Part shown: piece by piece, positions 16,575-20,000 of the stretch
Numbering within the stretch: the stretch's first letter is position 1
Layout: each line of letters opens with the position of its first letter
IMG/VR virus record: IMGVR_UViG_3300011113_000633
Strand: one strand, 5' to 3'
DNA length: 20,000 nucleotides
Origin: an uncultured virus (IMG/VR IMGVR_UViG_3300011113_000633)
Taxonomy: Duplodnaviria; Heunggongvirae; Uroviricota; Caudoviricetes
The notes under the pieces: model-generated
Database searches by the model: none
What the model was told of the DNA's origin: nothing
What the model saw: only the letters and a program-made list of their open reading frames with translations
Program-made: the position numbers and the translations under genes

Positions 16575-16929
16575 ACATAAAGCCAAAGGAACGGCGTTTG
16601 AAACGCTGATTAAAGATTACTTAATATCCAAAAACTTTACAGAAGCACGTAGAGCAGTATTAGCAGGAGAAAATGACACTGGTGATATACACGGTATACA
16701 GCAAGAAACAACACTTCGTAACGCTTGTTTACAATGTAAGAACCAAAAGAAATGGGATTTAAGTGGTTGGTTAAACGCAACAATTGAACAGGCACGTCGT
16801 TTAAAAAATGCCCTTCCAGTTTTAATTGTAAAACGTCCTGGAAAAGGGTCAAAAGCAGTCGGAGACTCATATGTTGTGATGAGGTTGGATGACTTTGTAG
16901 AACTACTACGAGAGGCTAATTACAAGTAA
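16564..16929 (+). CDS. Holliday junction resolvase-like nuclease (Hjc-type)
   Basis: KAKGTAFE...DTGDI...LQCKNQK...VLIVKRPG..YVVMRLDDF pattern. Confidence 0.8.
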   Translation: MGNKHKAKGTAFETLIKDYLISKNFTEARRAVLAGENDTGDIHGIQQETTLRNACLQCKNQKKWDLSGWLNATIEQARRLKNALPVLIVKRPGKGSKAVGDSYVVMRLDDFVELLREANYK

Positions 16930-16961
16930 CCTAGTTATGTAACAATTTGATTAACTAGGAG
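16930..16961 (+). promoter_or_regulatory. Inverted repeat occluding the spoVS ribosome-binding site
   Basis: CCTAGTTA(16930-16937) pairs with TAACTAGG(16952-16959); the SD AGGAG is at 16957-16961. Confidence 0.45.
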
Positions 16962-16965
16962 TATT

Positions 16966-17256
16966 ATGTCTCAAGAACTAAACGCAAACATTGACGATTT
17001 TCTAAAAGTCTCTGGAAGTAGCAGTCCACAAAGTGTTGGCTCAATCATTGCTCGTGCTGTCAATGCAGGGCAGTATCCAAAGATTCGCGCTATTGGTGCT
17101 GGCGCTGTAAACCAAGCAGTAAAAGCATGTGCTATTGCTCGTGGTTTTGTTGCACCAAGAGGATTAGACCTCGTTTACATCATTGGATTTGATGATATTA
17201 TTGGAGAGAACGGTGAAAACATCTCAGCAATATCATTTAAACCCGTAGTGAGGTAA
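16966..17256 (+). CDS. spoVS: SpoVS-family protein (Alba-like fold)
   Basis: LKVSGSSSPQSVGSIIA...IRAIGAGAVNQAVKACAIARGFVAPRGLDL...ISAISF is a near-canonical SpoVS signature. Confidence 0.92.
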   Translation: MSQELNANIDDFLKVSGSSSPQSVGSIIARAVNAGQYPKIRAIGAGAVNQAVKACAIARGFVAPRGLDLVYIIGFDDIIGENGENISAISFKPVVR

Positions 17257-17258
17257 GC

Positions 17259-17648
17259 ATGGCAACACATGACAGAGCAGGAAATGCATACGGCTCTCCT
17301 GCTACAGCAAAAACTAACGCACAACGTGGAAGTCGTGATGTGGCTGGTGGAGGAGTTGTAGCAAGGTACTCTGCCGCAACTCGCAATGCACAACCGATAA
17401 CTCCAGAGCAAGAAAAATCTAGCATTGCTGCTGGTAAAACTCCTCAATCTCAATTAGGAAGTCAAGCAGAATATAAAGTTACAAATGCTTCCAATGCTCC
17501 TAAAGGCGCAACAATGAATCAAGTAAAAAGTGCTTACAAAACCGCTCGTAAAAGTGGCATGAGTCCTGATGATGCACGTGGACAAGCGCTCAATAGTAAT
17601 CAAAGACAAATAAAAATGTCTAGTGATGCTTACGGTAATCAAGTTTAA
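17259..17648 (+). CDS. Basic low-complexity hypothetical protein
   Basis: RBS GAGG; rich in A/S/G/Q/K/R and likely disordered. Confidence 0.6.
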   Translation: MATHDRAGNAYGSPATAKTNAQRGSRDVAGGGVVARYSAATRNAQPITPEQEKSSIAAGKTPQSQLGSQAEYKVTNASNAPKGATMNQVKSAYKTARKSGMSPDDARGQALNSNQRQIKMSSDAYGNQV

Positions 17649-17650
17649 AT

Positions 17651-17791
17651 ATGTCTGAAGGTCGTCGCAAACCAGGGTCTCGTAGCAAGACTCGTTACTA
17701 CCGAAAGAAAGGACAAGTGCGTCCCGTTTCACCATTTGGTGGTGCCGCAGGTGGTTTTATGGGTGGACCTAGTGCAGGTGGAATGTCGTAG
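17651..17791 (+). CDS. Small basic Gly-rich protein (46 aa; not in ORF track)
   Basis: MSEGRRKPGSRSKTRYYRKKGQVRPVSPFGGAAGGFMGGPSAGGMS. It starts just after the upstream stop and ends in a TAGTG overlap with the next gene. Confidence 0.65.
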   Translation: MSEGRRKPGSRSKTRYYRKKGQVRPVSPFGGAAGGFMGGPSAGGMS

Positions 17792-18279
17792 TGGCAGCAA
17801 ATACTTTTACATCTTGGAATAGCCCTGCAGAACCACCTGGAGTAGGTACATCTGTTTCATTTGGAAACGCTCCAGTATTCCGCAGCAACAAAGACAAAAT
17901 GCTTTCTGGTTACAGGAACACTCCAGACGCACAGTATCCAGATGGATACCTAGGAACAATGTCGTCCAACAGAAGGCAAGACAAAGTTCTTGGAACATTG
18001 AGCAGAATGAATGCTCGTCAATACTCTCGTGGTGTGCATAAAGGAGAACGAATTAACGCAGGAGATTATCTGTGGCCTGACGAGTTCAACAAATGGACTG
18101 CACTACAACTTCAAGAACAGGGTCTTAAGTTTGCACCTCCAGGTGCTGAGCCAGTTCGCTTGATGCGTGATGGTAACTATGCTCCTCGCGGAATTCCACG
18201 TGACCAAGAAAAACCAGAAACTTACAATAACCCAGAACGTCGTGCAAAATTAAAAGTTCTTGCACCAGCATGGAGGTAA
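17791..18279 (+). CDS. Hypothetical phage protein
   Basis: GTG start overlaps the upstream TAG. Conserved-looking core TPDAQYPDGYLGT..YSRGVHKGERI..DYLWP. Confidence 0.7.
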   Translation: MAANTFTSWNSPAEPPGVGTSVSFGNAPVFRSNKDKMLSGYRNTPDAQYPDGYLGTMSSNRRQDKVLGTLSRMNARQYSRGVHKGERINAGDYLWPDEFNKWTALQLQEQGLKFAPPGAEPVRLMRDGNYAPRGIPRDQEKPETYNNPERRAKLKVLAPAWR

Positions 18280-18281
18280 CT

Positions 18282-18590
18282 ATGCAAGCCAAAATTTATA
18301 ACCTTGACGAATACCGAGCAAGGAAAACTTCTACAATTAAAAAAGATAAAGGAGTAGATACGTCTACTCACCCTTCTCGTAGAGTAGACCGTCAAAGCAG
18401 GTTAGATAAAGTAATTAATAAAATTGGGGACTCCGTAGGTTTTCCAAGAACTTCTGTGCTGTTTACAGATTCGGAAGATGAGATTAGTCAAGACACTGAC
18501 CCTACACCCCCGCAAGGCATTAAAAGACCTGTAGAAATGTACGACCAAGAAAAAGACGAACCTCAGTTTTACGACCAAGACAAAGATTAA
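18282..18590 (+). CDS. Hypothetical charged protein with C-terminal YDQ(E/D)KD repeat
   Basis: GGAGGT RBS before ATG 18282; basic N-terminal half and acidic C-terminal half. Confidence 0.6.
   Translation: MQAKIYNLDEYRARKTSTIKKDKGVDTSTHPSRRVDRQSRLDKVINKIGDSVGFPRTSVLFTDSEDEISQDTDPTPPQGIKRPVEMYDQEKDEPQFYDQDKD
18540..18587 (+). repeat. Direct repeat TACGACCAAGA(A/C)AAAGA, two copies 30 nt apart
   Basis: Copies at 18540 and 18570, in frame, encoding YDQEKD and YDQDKD. Confidence 0.7.
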
Positions 18591-18593
18591 GTA

Positions 18594-19904
18594 ATGCCTG
18601 GTAGAAACGAACCACCAAGCAATCTTGGGGATATGCGTGGCGCTCAAGCACGCCGTAATACACCAAGAAGAAGTTCTGAATTTTTAAAAAACATTGATGC
18701 TGTGTTAAGAGAAGTAGACGACAGTCAAGCCGTTCGTGAAGCAAAAAAAGCAAAAAACACAGCAGAGATAGAAAAGATATTTCCAGGTGTTGAAGAAGAT
18801 GAAAAAACACTTTCTGGAATGTACGAACCAGCACTTCACAATTATCCTTTTGATGAAGATGTTGTTAGACCTAGACGACCAGACTTTATTGATTACATTT
18901 CTCCAAGCGATGAGTTAACTCTCAACCAAGCGCAAAGAATGTTTCCAGCATCAAAACAACACGTGCAACAAGGAACTGGTCCAAGAAGTGCAATGGGTAC
19001 GTCAGAAAGACGTTATCACCAATTTGAAGAAAGTGACCTTGACCCAGATACGCGCACTGATTTTGGCACGGATAGAGACGAGCGAGACTATATAGGTTTT
19101 CAACAAGAAGGACCATCTAACTACCCTGTAGATTCACCTGCATATTGGTACCAATTAGATAGTCGCTCTCATAATCCTGAAGTTAGGCGTGCTGCAGCCA
19201 CTTTTACTGACCGTGAACAGAGGGCTAGTGCAAGACAATTTTACAACAGAAACGCTTCTAGAGCCGCCGCTTCTATTTTGGGAACTTCTAGAAGAAGTCG
19301 CACCTCTGAAGTAGGTCCAGTTACAAACACACCCACTGCTGCAGAATTAATGGCTCAAGGAAACCCAGCACGCGCTGGTGGTCGTAGTGGTGGCAGGCAC
19401 AATTTTGCAGGTATTGCATCACCGCCTTATTCCCTAGGAAGATTGCCAAGCGATTTAAATCCAAGACGTCGTAATGTTGAAACTGACTATACTGTTTTTT
19501 CATATAGCACACCTATTGCTTGGAGAACAACTCAAGGTCATTGGGAAGTTCCACGAGTTAATTATTCTAGAACTACTCAAAGACACCAAAGTGCTATTAG
19601 AAGAGCATTGAGTAACTCATATCATTCTCCACTTCAAGAAGCAAGTTATAGAGTTTCTGATTTGCGACAACAACATTTAGAACAAGGCATACGTCTTCCT
19701 TCAAAAAATTATCAACTTAATATAAGTTTTGAAACATTTCATCCCGAACCACCGTCGGAAGATACAATTAATAGAATTGTAGAAGACCATGTTCAACAAG
19801 TTATAAATCCAGCCATTGAACGATATCGTCGTAGACCAAGTGTTCAAAGGCGGCAAGGTCAAGCAAACCAACCTCAACTACCTTTAGAAGGAGGCAATGA
19901 ATAA
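18594..19904 (+). CDS. Largely disordered hypothetical protein with a small embedded globular phage domain
   Basis: 436 aa, rich in R/D/E/P/S. Contains YTVFSYSTPIAW..W....YSRTTQRHQ, a motif I recall from small phage proteins. Confidence 0.65.
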   Translation: MPGRNEPPSNLGDMRGAQARRNTPRRSSEFLKNIDAVLREVDDSQAVREAKKAKNTAEIEKIFPGVEEDEKTLSGMYEPALHNYPFDEDVVRPRRPDFIDYISPSDELTLNQAQRMFPASKQHVQQGTGPRSAMGTSERRYHQFEESDLDPDTRTDFGTDRDERDYIGFQQEGPSNYPVDSPAYWYQLDSRSHNPEVRRAAATFTDREQRASARQFYNRNASRAAASILGTSRRSRTSEVGPVTNTPTAAELMAQGNPARAGGRSGGRHNFAGIASPPYSLGRLPSDLNPRRRNVETDYTVFSYSTPIAWRTTQGHWEVPRVNYSRTTQRHQSAIRRALSNSYHSPLQEASYRVSDLRQQHLEQGIRLPSKNYQLNISFETFHPEPPSEDTINRIVEDHVQQVINPAIERYRRRPSVQRRQGQANQPQLPLEGGNE

Positions 19905-19905
19905 T

Positions 19906-20000
19906 ATGGCATCTAAACCTTGGGCTTCCAGACAAGAAATGTTGGTTGACATCGCTCTGGAATCAGCAGTGTCAGACCCAGAAACCATTCGCCAGATTAG
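19906..20000 (+). CDS. Hypothetical protein, 5' part (truncated by window edge)
   Basis: AAGGAGG at 19888-19894 precedes ATG 19906; MASKPWASRQEMLVDIALESAVSDPETIRQI stays open to the end of the window. Confidence 0.6.
   Translation, partial: MASKPWASRQEMLVDIALESAVSDPETIRQI

Noticed and set aside
1201..19512. Minus-strand and nested ORFs in the ORF track
   Set aside because: All overlap well-supported + strand genes, lack recognisable motifs, and are the expected antisense shadows.
1..20000. Alternative genetic code or stop-codon reassignment
   Set aside because: Genes are full length under the standard code, and TAA, TGA and TAG all serve as stops at coupled gene junctions.

Overview
A 20 kb piece of a tailed dsDNA phage genome (AT-rich, standard genetic code). 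All credible genes lie on the + strand and many are translationally coupled through ATGA, TAATG or TAGTG overlaps. In order, the window holds the end of a contractile-tail/baseplate module (baseplate J/wedge-like protein, P2 gpI-like tail protein) and a small membrane protein. A GC-rich structured intergenic element follows (3533-3610). Next is a full replication module: a winged-HTH initiator with a lambda-like iteron origin inside its gene, a DnaC-like loader, DnaB helicase, DnaG-type primase, SNF2 helicase, MerR-like HTH protein, zinc-binding SSB and family A DNA polymerase. A recombination module follows (RecA, two PD-(D/E)XK resolvase-like nucleases, a Cas4-like exonuclease, a UvsY-like protein), then a phage-encoded SpoVS protein and a run of basic, low-complexity hypothetical proteins. 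The gene content resembles uncultured actinobacterial-type myophages, but the host is inferred only. The most notable signals are: the two-state hairpin carrying an orphan perfect Shine-Dalgarno sequence; the palindromic iteron origin; a possible A_AAA_AAG -1 frameshift extending the initiator; a classical C2H2-spaced zinc finger; two large insertions in the PolA exonuclease domain; and SpoVS with a hairpin over its ribosome-binding site. All family assignments come from motif recognition by eye; no searches were run.
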